DNA of 64,000 bases. Source: Massalongia carnosa (lineage: Eukaryota). Below, one piece after another: positions 48,592 through 59,005 of this stretch. The stretch covers positions 372,001-436,000 of the forward strand of contig OZ287082.1 of assembly GCA_965645245.1 (NCBI GenBank), written 5' to 3'. How positions within the stretch are numbered: the stretch's first letter is position 1; every line of letters starts with the position of its first letter. Position numbers and translations under genes: made by a program. The notes under the pieces were generated by a model. That model did no database searches. It was given only the letters and a program-made list of their open reading frames with translations, and was not told where the DNA came from.

Positions 48592-51437
48592 TTACTGTTC
48601 GATCTCTCCCCAACCTCCCGTTTCGATATTTTCGTCATCGAGCTGACCTAGCATCCATTTTCTAGTCGCGATTTTGTTATCAACAATAAATTTAATCAAA
48701 ATATTATTTCCGATCCTAGTATTAAACAACATTTTTAAAGTAATTGTGGTATCGATATTTTGTTCATGTTTAGGATTTCATTTGAATAATGTATGCAATT
48801 CATCAATAAGTGTTCTGGCGTTTGACGTTCGTTGCAGCGCCCTGTGCATTTTGACGAATTATAATCTTTCAATCGGTGCAGATATGATCGAAAATAACCG
48901 TGTCCGAATTTCATTTGCATAATAGTCGCAAATATTAATTTCGAACAATTATTCGACAGATAATAAAAACTCGATTTGCCCGGCTGCATTTCGAATTTCT
49001 CATAGTATTTGCCTTTTGATTTGCATTGTTGCCATTGATTCTCCCATGTGGCTAACATATTTCGATTTATTTGACCCTTTACATAATCAAATGTTATTAT
49101 CGAAGACTCGACTAGGATTCGACTATGTCCAGCTTTTGCTGCTTTATCTGCAATTTCATTTTCGACGATTTTCGAATGACTAGGAATCCATTGTAGAACC
49201 ACCTGATAATTGTTTCCGAATAAGCATTTCGAGAATTTTCGAATTTGTTTTGCGTAAGTATGATTTGTCAAGTTCTGAATTTCGTTTATCGCGTTTATGC
49301 TATCGGAAAAAATCCAAATCGTTTTTTCCAAATTGAAGAGAATATTCGCAATTGTCAATTTGTATGCCCATTTTATTGCTTGTAGTATCGCATACAGTTC
49401 AGCGTTTTTAACGCTTGACTGTTTGTTTAATTTCCAGCTTTTCGAAATCGTATGATGTTTGAGGAGACAATCTTTTTCGATAAAACGATTGAAGTTATCG
49501 GTGAAATTGTTCCAATTTCGCATAATTGGTGCAAATGTGACAGCGGAAGTTGAAAACTCGGTTTTTGATCCATCGGTATAGAGTAACATTCGCGATTTAT
49601 CGGCGTTTATTGATTGGATTTTTGATAAAGTTGAATAATAACTTGACTTTGCTGTTTCTTTGGATCTTTCGATTTGGAACTTGATTTTACAAGACGGCTT
49701 CCATGGTTTGATGAAATTATTTACTGATTCGAATTCATCAGTTTTGTGAACTATATCCGAAACGGAATGAAGAATACGGATAAGCTGACTAGGATGAGGT
49801 TTACTCGATTTTTTCTCGTCTTCGTTCCATTCAGCATATCTGTTGTTCCATAAACTAGTGTCAAAACCGATGTTTTCGAATTTCACAGAATAGGTACTGG
49901 GAATTCTTTGATAAATAGGATTATTTTCGGCAATCTTCAATAATCGAATTGCGTATTTTTGATTTTTCATCAACAATCGTAGCTTGGCTGGTAAAATATG
50001 CGATTCAATTTCCATCGCCTGAACAGGCGTGGTTTTGAATGTGCCTAAAATCTTTCGAATCATTCGATTTTGCAGATTCTGAAATAGCTTTTCATATTTC
50101 TTTTGACCGTTATACCAGATTTCTGAGCCATAGTCCGAAATAGGAATAATACATGACAGATAGAGCTGTCTGCATGCAGTTGGCTTTAGTCCCCATTCAG
50201 ACTTCATCAAATTTTGAATTGCGAAAAACGATCGATTTGCAGAAGCAATTCGCGTTTCGACGTGTTTTTTGTAATTTAGTTTTCGGTCTAACCAGACTCC
50301 TAACCATTTGACAGAATTTTTCGGTTCTAGTATTGTCCCGTTTGGTAATTGCACTTTGTCTTTTGATGCATTTCTTGACTTTTCGAAGTGAATCAACTCA
50401 GATTTGTCGTCATCAAATTTGACATTATTCGTTGCGGCCCAATCAAAAGCTATTTTGACGATAATTTCGATTTCTTTGCAATTCTGTGTGGCAGTTTTAT
50501 TTTCGACATATATTGCAACATCGTCTATAAAGCTAGGTGAATGAGCATTGAATTTCATTCGTATTTTCGGAAATAAGTAACGAATATAAATCAGAAATAG
50601 AATTGGCGAAATTGGTGAACCTTGTGGAATTCCAGATTCGATATAGTACGTTTTGCTTTTGTGTTCATCGAATATCAAATTGATCGATCGTTTTGTCATA
50701 AAATGCTTGACCCATTGAATAACTATGCGAGATAAATGCAGCTTTTTCATGACATTTAGCAATTGATTAATCGAAACAAAGTCAAATGCTCCTTTGACAT
50801 CGAGTAATAGACATGATAAAACGTTTTTGTTTCGGTTTGCGATTTCGATATCATGAACGACGTTCATTACCGCATCGATTGCAGAATGATTTTTCCGTCC
50901 GCCCATTTGTTCGGTATCTAACAAGCTCGAATTTTCGCCGAGGTAGGCTAGTCGATTAGCAACTATTTTCTCCGCAATTTTACAAAGACAATTCAGTAAT
51001 GTAATAATTCGATATGATTTTTTTTGGCAGCGAGTAGTCTGGTTTATTAGGTTTTTTTAAAACAGCACCGAGTCCTGTTCGCCAACATAACGGGTGAAAA
51101 CCGATTTGTATAAACTTAGAATAAATAGTAAAAAACACGTTTTTCAATGGTTGAAACGATTTTTGAATTATTGTGAAATTGATTGCATCAGGTCCACATG
51201 ATTTCTTTGGATTAAACAAACTAATCGCATTTTGCAATTCATTTTCGGTTAAATTCGGCCAATTGTTGTCATTTTCGCTGTCTTGATTCGTTAAATCTTC
51301 AATATTATCATCCGTGAACGGGTTTTTTGTGTACATTGCTGACACAAACGCGTCGCATTTGTGATCGAATTGAACATTTAACTTATTTTCATATTGAATA
51401 GGTGGTATTTTTTCGAACATGCGCGGTTTAGTGTATT
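48592..51437 (-). pseudogene. Displaced RT-RNase H part of family-A ORF2
   Basis: Resumes YTKPRMFEK after the insertion; frameshifts near 51020 (A-run) and near 48765. Confidence 0.9.
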
Positions 51438-54400
51438 GATTGATTGATTGATTTTTCTTACGCCGATATGACACCAGCTGAAGCTGGCCCATGCGGGAGA
51501 TACTACATAGGCTATATAAAGGCAGAAAACCCGAACGGGTAAAAAACTGCTCCTGCGTACCAGGTTTGTAGAGGACTCGCTCTTTCCCCGGGTTGATCTC
51601 TACGGTTTGGGAAACCCGCTATACCCGTTATGCGCCTGAGTAAGTGCAAGAATAAAAGAGAAGAAAAGAAAATAAGTAGAAGAAAAAACCAATTCTCCTC
51701 TCATTATTGCTCCGTCATTTGCGCGGCAATGGTGTACTGTGTTAGTATGCCCGTACGCATAAGCCATGCAGTGATTATTTTGATCGCTTTGGGGTCTGTT
51801 ATCAGTTTTTGATAATCCAGCGAGCCAGCTGCACGCAACATATCGATTCTATTATGCAATCCGCAGAACATTATCACATGTTTCGCCGTTTGAAAGCGGC
51901 TTCCGCACAGGCAGGCCGCGGACTCAATGTCTGGCACCTTGCGTTTGAATAGAAAACTCGCTAACCCGATTTTCTCTGTTCTAATTTGAATTGCGAGGGA
52001 GCTTTGCGCCTTATTCAGCAGCTTGTGCGTGTTCAACCTGTTTTTGTGCAATGGACCCGACTGTGCTATTGTTGGATCAAGCGTATGTATTGATTGATAC
52101 GCTATCCATTTGTCCTTCCATTTTTCTTTAAATCGTTTCGCTATGATTCCGTCTCTTTCTCTTTGAAGTGCGGCATATTCTGCTCGTTTTTCCTCTTGTG
52201 CATTCTCCGCTTTTTCCCATGGTGGTGTGCGTTTGGGCTTTCTCTTTGTTGATACTTCAGCTGTCAGCTTGGCCACCCATCTCTGTCTACGAGCTCCCGG
52301 TGTTTCTCCAATAATCCGTTGTCGCCCTCTTTTCCCTTTCAATCTCGTTCTGATTTTCTCGCATGCCTGTTCTATGACTTTTGCCTGACCGTTGTGTTGT
52401 AGCCTCGATCTACCTTTGGCCTGCAGATGATCCAAATGTTGCGTCAATGGACAGATGAATGTTTCCGCCTGTAACACCTCGATGGGTGTGGCCCTGTACG
52501 CTCCGGCTACTACTCGTAAACATTTGTTTTGTACGATCTCGAGTTTGCTTTTCCTCGTGACTTTGACGTGCTTTTGTGTTTCCTCCGGCGTGTGCCATAC
52601 CAGAGAACCATGGGTCATTGCCGGGCGTACCACCGCCGTGTACACGTGACGGGCTTGTAGGAGGGTCGCACCCCAAGTGGCTGCGGCGATTCTAGTCAGC
52701 GCTCTCGTTTGTCTCGTCATTTTCTTCTGTATCTCTTTGTAGTGCGCCGACCAATTGAGCCTCGTGTCTATGTACACCCCCAGCACTCGTACAGATTTCG
52801 TGACGTTGAGTAGTTTGCCGTTTACTGTGAAGGAAGCTTCGAGATTGAATTTCTTGGGATTTTTTGCTAGATGTATGAGCTCGTATTTATGCGGCGCGAA
52901 CACGGAGCCGTGGCGTTTCGCCCATCGTTCGCAATTCTCGTGTATTTCTTTCAATGTTTTGCAATTTTCTTCCGTGGATTTGCCATATGTCAGGATGTTC
53001 ACGTCGTCTACGAATCCTATGCCTGCCGCGTTTGTGCTGGGTCTATTGCAAATGTCTAAGAGGTCCGCATTGTAAAAGAGATATAGAATGGGAGATAGAG
53101 GAGATCCCTGAGGGATTCCTATGCTCAGCGGAAATGCGTTAGTGGTGCGTTGATTAATCGTGAGCGTGGTTTCTCTTTCTTTCAAGAAACTATCCGTCCA
53201 TTTGGCTATCCACTCTGGGATCTTTCGTTTTCTCATGTTGTGAATGAGCCTACGATGAGAGACGGTGTCAAAGGCTCCCGATACGTCTATGCTCAATAGA
53301 GATGCCACTTTATCGTTACCCTGATTCCATACGGTGTGCACTTGTTCAGTGAGCAGCTCCAGTGCTGTTTCCGTTCCGCGGCCCGGCCTTGCACCCATTT
53401 GAGTATCCGGGATCAGTTTAAATTCTTCCGTCAGATGGCTAATTTTCCTTGCTATAATGGATTCCAATGCTTTGCCCAACGTGTTCAACAACGCTATGGG
53501 TCTCCATGCCTTGGGATCCGTATAGTTTCCTTTTCCTGGCTTCTTTAGCGTGATAGTGTTGGCGATTTTAAAGACTTTCGGATGATATCCTTCATTCACA
53601 CATGCTTGAAAAAGTGGTGTCAGCAATTTGATTAGGTTTTCTGAACAGGCTTTGAGAATTCTATTTGTGATTCCATCCGGTCCTGGGGCTTTGTCTGGCT
53701 TTGGCTTTCGCAGCGCCGCCGCCACTTCTTCTTCCGTTATCAGTGCTGGACATTCTGGTGTTGGAGGGTACGAATATCCTACGAGATCCCCGAGATCCGC
53801 GTTAGGAGGAGGGGGAAAGAAGGACTTCTTCAGCATATTTACTCTCTTCTCGAACGTGTCTGCTATCGTATTGGGATTTTGTGCTGTTGCTAACGGGGGC
53901 ATTTTTGGAATTTCTCTTGGTGCGTCGCTTCTGTCTTTGCCCCATTTTGCGAGTCGGAAGAGTCCTGTTCTTGATGCTGCAACTTCGGCCATTTGTTCTC
54001 TGAAATGAAGATTTCTTGCCTTACCGATGATTTTCTGTTTTTTGTCGTTCAATCTGATGTAGTTTTTCCAGTCTGACAGATTTCTTTCCGCCGTCCAGAT
54101 CCTACGAATCCTGCGGGTCTCCTTCGTTGCCTCCTCGCACTCTCTATTCCAGAAGGACTTCGCCTGGGGACTAGGTTTAGACCATGGTACCGCCTCCTGA
54201 ACGATTCTTTTGAGGTAGTCTTGAATATCTGCAGTGTATGCATCAATTTCGTTGGCGCCTCGTACGACGCGTGGTGTGGGGGCATTTCTCTCAACTTCTC
54301 TCAGTTTATTCATGTCCAGGAGTTTCCAGGCTCTTCGGCGGGGAGGCGTAAGGGGTTCACAGGTGAGGCGGAGCCTCGTCGATATTGGTACGTGATCTGA

Positions 54401-54653
54401 GTCTTGATTCAGCTCCGGGACTGTGATACAGTGTTCCAATCTTTCTACGAGATCTTCCGTCATGAACACCAGATCGATGGTGCTGAATGAGTTTCTTGCC
54501 TCCCATGTCACTGTTCCTCTTGGCAGGGTGAGCGAAAGATTTTTACTTTCAATGATGTCTAGTAGCTGTTCGGACGCCTCGTGTTGACCTCGCACTCTCG
54601 CACCTCCCCAATGTGGATGATGAAGGTTGAAATCCCCTAGCAAGATGTGTTCT
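51438..54653 (-). mobile_element. 5'-truncated family-B LINE inserted into family-A ORF2 in the same orientation
   Basis: 13-bp TSD GGTTTAGTGTATT at 51425-51437 and 54654-54666; (TCAA)n tail; 3' stem-loop at 51469-51497. Confidence 0.95.
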
Positions 54654-55837
54654 GGTTTAGTGTATTTATAAGCTGTAAATACGTCTTTATTCGCTGCGTT
54701 TTCGAGGAAAGCCAACCAAGTTTGCTGTTTCGCTTTTCGAATTGCATGAAAGTACTCGATTCGACTATGTCTAAATGTTTGATGACTAAAATAGGACGGA
54801 TTATTCTTCCATTCTCGACGATGTCTACACATGATTTTTCGAAGTCCGGATAAATCTTGCGACCACCAATTTTTCGATTTTGCGCATATTTTTGTCTTCG
54901 GAATAAACATTTCAGCCGCGTTTTTGATAACGTTTTGCAAATATAACGCTGATTCATCAAATTGATAATTGTTCAATAGACTTTGTATTTGGGACTCGTA
55001 GTTTACTGCATTTTCGTCTAGAAACTTCGCGAATTTATCCCAATCGGCTTTATTGCAGTTGTATTTATTCGATAATGCGGTTGCGTGTGACGTCAAGTTC
55101 TTGAAAGACGCGATAAGTTCAAATCGAATAACTTCATGATCTGATCCCGTGACTGCGTTTTCATCGATTGACCAATTTGTAATTGCGTTTTCGATTTTAG
55201 AATTTGCAAATGTTAAATCAATAATAGATGAAGAGTTTCCTGAATGAGCAAAAAATGTATATAGATCAGGCGTATTTATCAAACTACATTTGTTTAATTT
55301 TAACCATTTGACTAGATTTTCTGATCGAATTGCATTTTGAATCTTCGAATTCCACCAGCTATGATGTGCATTGAAATCTCCACATATGACAAATTGATCA
55401 GTTGATATAGGTTGATATTTAACTAAAAGTCGATCGATTGTATATGTTTCTCGATCGTTTAGACTTTTTTCATTGTAAAGGTTAAAGATCTGCACTTTTC
55501 GAACTTCATCAATTGTAATTTCGATAATTTGCAGATCAGTATCGTTTATAAGATCCGTTCTAGGCGTGCATTGTAATTTTGGATTGCATTTTGTAACGAA
55601 TATAGCTACTCTCGGCCGATAAGTCGCTATTTTCGGCATAATACATGTGAATGACGGATGGGAAATTGTTTTTTGATCTCCCGTCCATGGTTCCTGAAAT
55701 AAAACAATATCAACACGATTTAATACTGCATATTCCAGACACGAAATCATTGCATTCGTTGACTTTGCACAATTATGTTGAATAAATTTGACATTTTGTG
55801 TATTTTCGATATTTGTCAACGAATGTTGTCCCGCCAT
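51704..55837 (-). CDS. Chimeric 1377-aa LINE ORF2 (family-A endonuclease fused in frame to family-B partial EN, RT and zinc finger)
   Basis: Uninterrupted ORF; junction ...AYKYTKP|EHILLGDFNLHH...; two GDFN/SDH sets; FVDD; CLCGSRFQTAKHVIMFC. Confidence 0.88.
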   Translation of the reverse strand: MAGQHSLTNIENTQNVKFIQHNCAKSTNAMISCLEYAVLNRVDIVLFQEPWTGDQKTISHPSFTCIMPKIATYRPRVAIFVTKCNPKLQCTPRTDLINDTDLQIIEITIDEVRKVQIFNLYNEKSLNDRETYTIDRLLVKYQPISTDQFVICGDFNAHHSWWNSKIQNAIRSENLVKWLKLNKCSLINTPDLYTFFAHSGNSSSIIDLTFANSKIENAITNWSIDENAVTGSDHEVIRFELIASFKNLTSHATALSNKYNCNKADWDKFAKFLDENAVNYESQIQSLLNNYQFDESALYLQNVIKNAAEMFIPKTKICAKSKNWWSQDLSGLRKIMCRHRREWKNNPSYFSHQTFRHSRIEYFHAIRKAKQQTWLAFLENAANKDVFTAYKYTKPEHILLGDFNLHHPHWGGARVRGQHEASEQLLDIIESKNLSLTLPRGTVTWEARNSFSTIDLVFMTEDLVERLEHCITVPELNQDSDHVPISTRLRLTCEPLTPPRRRAWKLLDMNKLREVERNAPTPRVVRGANEIDAYTADIQDYLKRIVQEAVPWSKPSPQAKSFWNRECEEATKETRRIRRIWTAERNLSDWKNYIRLNDKKQKIIGKARNLHFREQMAEVAASRTGLFRLAKWGKDRSDAPREIPKMPPLATAQNPNTIADTFEKRVNMLKKSFFPPPPNADLGDLVGYSYPPTPECPALITEEEVAAALRKPKPDKAPGPDGITNRILKACSENLIKLLTPLFQACVNEGYHPKVFKIANTITLKKPGKGNYTDPKAWRPIALLNTLGKALESIIARKISHLTEEFKLIPDTQMGARPGRGTETALELLTEQVHTVWNQGNDKVASLLSIDVSGAFDTVSHRRLIHNMRKRKIPEWIAKWTDSFLKERETTLTINQRTTNAFPLSIGIPQGSPLSPILYLFYNADLLDICNRPSTNAAGIGFVDDVNILTYGKSTEENCKTLKEIHENCERWAKRHGSVFAPHKYELIHLAKNPKKFNLEASFTVNGKLLNVTKSVRVLGVYIDTRLNWSAHYKEIQKKMTRQTRALTRIAAATWGATLLQARHVYTAVVRPAMTHGSLVWHTPEETQKHVKVTRKSKLEIVQNKCLRVVAGAYRATPIEVLQAETFICPLTQHLDHLQAKGRSRLQHNGQAKVIEQACEKIRTRLKGKRGRQRIIGETPGARRQRWVAKLTAEVSTKRKPKRTPPWEKAENAQEEKRAEYAALQRERDGIIAKRFKEKWKDKWIAYQSIHTLDPTIAQSGPLHKNRLNTHKLLNKAQSSLAIQIRTEKIGLASFLFKRKVPDIESAACLCGSRFQTAKHVIMFCGLHNRIDMLRAAGSLDYQKLITDPKAIKIITAWLMRTGILTQYTIAAQMTEQ

Positions 55838-57420
55838 TAACCAAGCATTAATTCATCATTCGATTTTCTAGGATTTAGCGAGATAAACATTTCGCAACCT
55901 ATATCGTTCGATTGATGATTTTTGTTGCAATTGACGCATTTCAGAATTGCATGTGCGCATGCGATTTTAGACTTGCATGTTGTGCATTCATGATTATGCG
56001 TTTCATGACTTTGTGCGCATATACTGCATTTTGCCGGACTTTTGCATTGATAATGCTTATGTCCAAATTTCTGACAATTAATACATTGCGTGTTTGGACG
56101 AACGGAAGCAAATATTTCCGTGTCACAATGTCTACCCGCGATATTCAGGCCTCTTAACGCGTTTGACGCTTGATTTTGATTATTGAAAGTCAAAACTACC
56201 GACGACGTGACTTTGTTTTGACGATCCCGAGCAAGCCATCTTGGTAAATCGCATAGTTGCATATTCGAATTGTATTTTTCGATTTCGGTTTGCAAATATT
56301 GCATGTTATTATCGAATAACGAGATATTTACTCCGTGTGCTATGACTTTAAACCAGGATTCGTCTTTTCGAATTCTTTGTGATTCGAAAATGTGTTCCCA
56401 TGAAGATTTATTTTTCAACAATTCTTCGGCATTGTTGTCAGGGCTAGTGGTGAGAACGATATTCTGACCGGTTTTGGACTTTTCAACAGTATTGACGATG
56501 ATGTTTAAATTTGCGTTTTTTAATAGCGCGTTAATTTGATCACGCAACTTCATAGAGTCGATTTGAGCGTCAGGATTTTTCGGTGAAATCACGAGTCGTC
56601 TGGCCTTGATTGCATCAAATCGATCGACTTTGTTCGAATTATGATTCGAACTTTTCCTTTGAATAGTAGTCCAATTTTCGGAGTTTTCGGTTGCTTTTCC
56701 AAGCATTTGACTCCATGTACCGGTTGTGCTAACATTGTTACCAGAGACCCCGGTAGCTCCTTTGCGAATGGTCTGATTTTCGATAATTGAATTTTCGTTC
56801 AATTTAACAACAGGTTTTTGGATTTTTGGACCATTCTGTAGTGGAGTCGTTTGTTGTTGTGACGTTTTTGAGGAAAGATGACTAGTTTGATCAAGTACTA
56901 TGCCCATTTTATAGTTAATCATATCTAAGGATGTTTGTAAATTGATTGATTTTTTCGAAATCAACGAATTAACGTTGTCAATTACGATAGCCGTTTGTGG
57001 ATTTTGGTCCAGTACAAATGATTGCAATAATGGCTTTTTGGCCGACTTTAGAAGCTCAATTGAATTTGCCCGATTGATCGCTTCTTGGCTATCTCTCGAA
57101 TGTTCGTCAAATGTGCGTCTTTTATTTCGTTTGATTGGTGGGCTTGATCCAATGTTTAAGTTCAATGAAGGCATCGGCAAGATAGTGGAAAATGGACCCG
57201 ATGGGAATTTCGTTGCCTTTGGTGTCGGTGTTGACGGGGCTGATGCATATTCGCGAGTTTGATCCATAGGTTCAAGACGGGGTGAGCTCCCTATCAACGC
57301 CACCGGAGATGGTCCCGGGGAGTGTCGGGGGGGGGCCGGGTAAGGGGTCGATAGGGGGGCGGGACCGGCTGGGGGTGGTGTCCTTGGTATATTCCGGCGG
57401 TTCATTACCGCGTTAAACAT
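55837..57420 (-). CDS. LINE ORF1, 527 aa, intact
   Basis: Homologous to 42751..44325; three Cys/His knuckles; TAATG overlap. Confidence 0.9.
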   Translation of the reverse strand: MFNAVMNRRNIPRTPPPAGPAPLSTPYPAPPRHSPGPSPVALIGSSPRLEPMDQTREYASAPSTPTPKATKFPSGPFSTILPMPSLNLNIGSSPPIKRNKRRTFDEHSRDSQEAINRANSIELLKSAKKPLLQSFVLDQNPQTAIVIDNVNSLISKKSINLQTSLDMINYKMGIVLDQTSHLSSKTSQQQTTPLQNGPKIQKPVVKLNENSIIENQTIRKGATGVSGNNVSTTGTWSQMLGKATENSENWTTIQRKSSNHNSNKVDRFDAIKARRLVISPKNPDAQIDSMKLRDQINALLKNANLNIIVNTVEKSKTGQNIVLTTSPDNNAEELLKNKSSWEHIFESQRIRKDESWFKVIAHGVNISLFDNNMQYLQTEIEKYNSNMQLCDLPRWLARDRQNKVTSSVVLTFNNQNQASNALRGLNIAGRHCDTEIFASVRPNTQCINCQKFGHKHYQCKSPAKCSICAQSHETHNHECTTCKSKIACAHAILKCVNCNKNHQSNDIGCEMFISLNPRKSNDELMLG

Positions 57421-58330
57421 GGATTTATAAATAATCGATGTTGCCTTTGCTATATCCCCTTTATCGCCACCAAATAATTTATTCTGACGTTCCCCGGACG
57501 TAATAGTCAGAATAGAGAGTTTTTACACCGATTTACTGGTCTAAAGACTCTTGCTTTCCAAACCCTATTTATTTGACAATAACAAGTCAAATAAATCCTA
57601 GTCGAGTTAAAATAGACCGTTCCTCGCTTAGGCAATAGATCTTATTTAACTCTTTACCTTGACACTACGATATATGGAATATAATAAGAATTTTACGATC
57701 GAACAGAAAAATTTTTATTTTTTTTTTAAAAAATGTTCTTGATCCAGAAATAAAAATCAAGTACAATGAGAGAGAGGAGACTTCCTATTCTGGTTAGCCT
57801 GAAACAGGGCCTTTGGTTTAACCCTATTTCAGACGTTTTTCCCCTTCGTTTCAGCAGATTGTTGGTCGGCAGTTCAACGAAAATCGAAAAAACCCAAAAT
57901 GGAATAGTGTATACGGTACCGGTAACCTTAAATTTCAAATGAAAACCAAGAAGTTTTGTTGTCTCGAGAACAGGTTGTACAGTTACGCGACAGTGATGAT
58001 ATTTTGTAGATAATTTTTGTGATAATAGATGAGATCTATGCGACAATTAAACCGAAGAAATATCGAAAATCGAGCGATTTTTGACGTTGTTGTTGGTGTT
58101 TTTGTGTTTTGTAGATTTTTTGGACGCGCTTTTTGGTTAAGGGGCGGACAGACCGCGAGGAAAACTCTGCAGGAGCAGTGGAAGAGCTCTCCTGTACCCA
58201 ATTCTGATGGGTTTAAGCTTCTGGTAGGCTCAAATGAATGAGAAGAATGAGGAGAATAAGTTGGGAAAGTTTCAGTATATCAAAATATAGGGTACCGATG
58301 TTTTGGGGGTTGGCTTATTGCTGATGAGTG

Positions 58331-59005
58331 ATTAAACCTTGGAAATCGTTTTGCAAAATAGAATTTTAAATCGAAAATACAAATGAAGCTACAAAATCAA
58401 GTTATTATTAGAACTTATCCAAAATTCAATCAATGAACTCCGATAAATGCCCATTCTTACTTTATACGGATGTATCAAAAATCGAATTTGCAACGTCTGC
58501 AGTCACAATTGCCCCAATTATGCGGAATTGGAGTCATATTACCAATATTTTTGAACGATTTATCGAAAAAGATTCTTTAATCAAGTATCATACAATTTCT
58601 AAAAGCTGGAAATTAAGCAAACAGTCAAGCATTAAAAATGCTGAACTGCTTGCGATTTTACAAGCAATGAAATGGGTGTATAAATTGTCGAATACTAATA
58701 TTTTATCGAACTTAGAAAAAACGATTTTTATTTCTTTTGATAGTATAAACGCGATAAACTAAATTCAGAACTTGACAAATCATATTTTTGCAAAACAAAT
58801 TCGAAAGATCGCATAACGCTTATTTGAAAGTAATTATTAGGTTATTTTGCAATGGGTTCCGAGTCATTCAAAAATTACCGGAAACGAAATTGCAGACAAA
58901 ACAGCAAAGATGGGCCATAATCGAATCCTAGTGGAGTCCTCGGCTATATCATTTGATAATTTGAAAGGTCAAATAAATCAAATATGCTAACCGCATGGAC
59001 AAATC
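58331..59005 (+). mobile_element. Degenerate family-A ORF2 fragment (RNase H region)
   Basis: Aligns with 47216-47891; several stops. Confidence 0.88.

Larger units (their letters stand above)
48361..58315 (-). mobile_element. Full-length family-A LINE (copy 3, diverged subfamily) containing a family-B insertion
   Basis: Poly-T on + at 48361, 3'UTR, ORF2 remainder 48592-51437, ORF1 55837-57420, and a 5'UTR to ~58315 homologous to 41848-42750. Confidence 0.93.

Noticed and set aside
48348..58326. TSD for the minus-strand family-A LINE (TTATGCTGA versus TTATTGCTGA)
   Set aside because: The match is imperfect, and the sequence after 58326 is an unrelated ORF2 fragment rather than the continuation of the interrupted 3'UTR.
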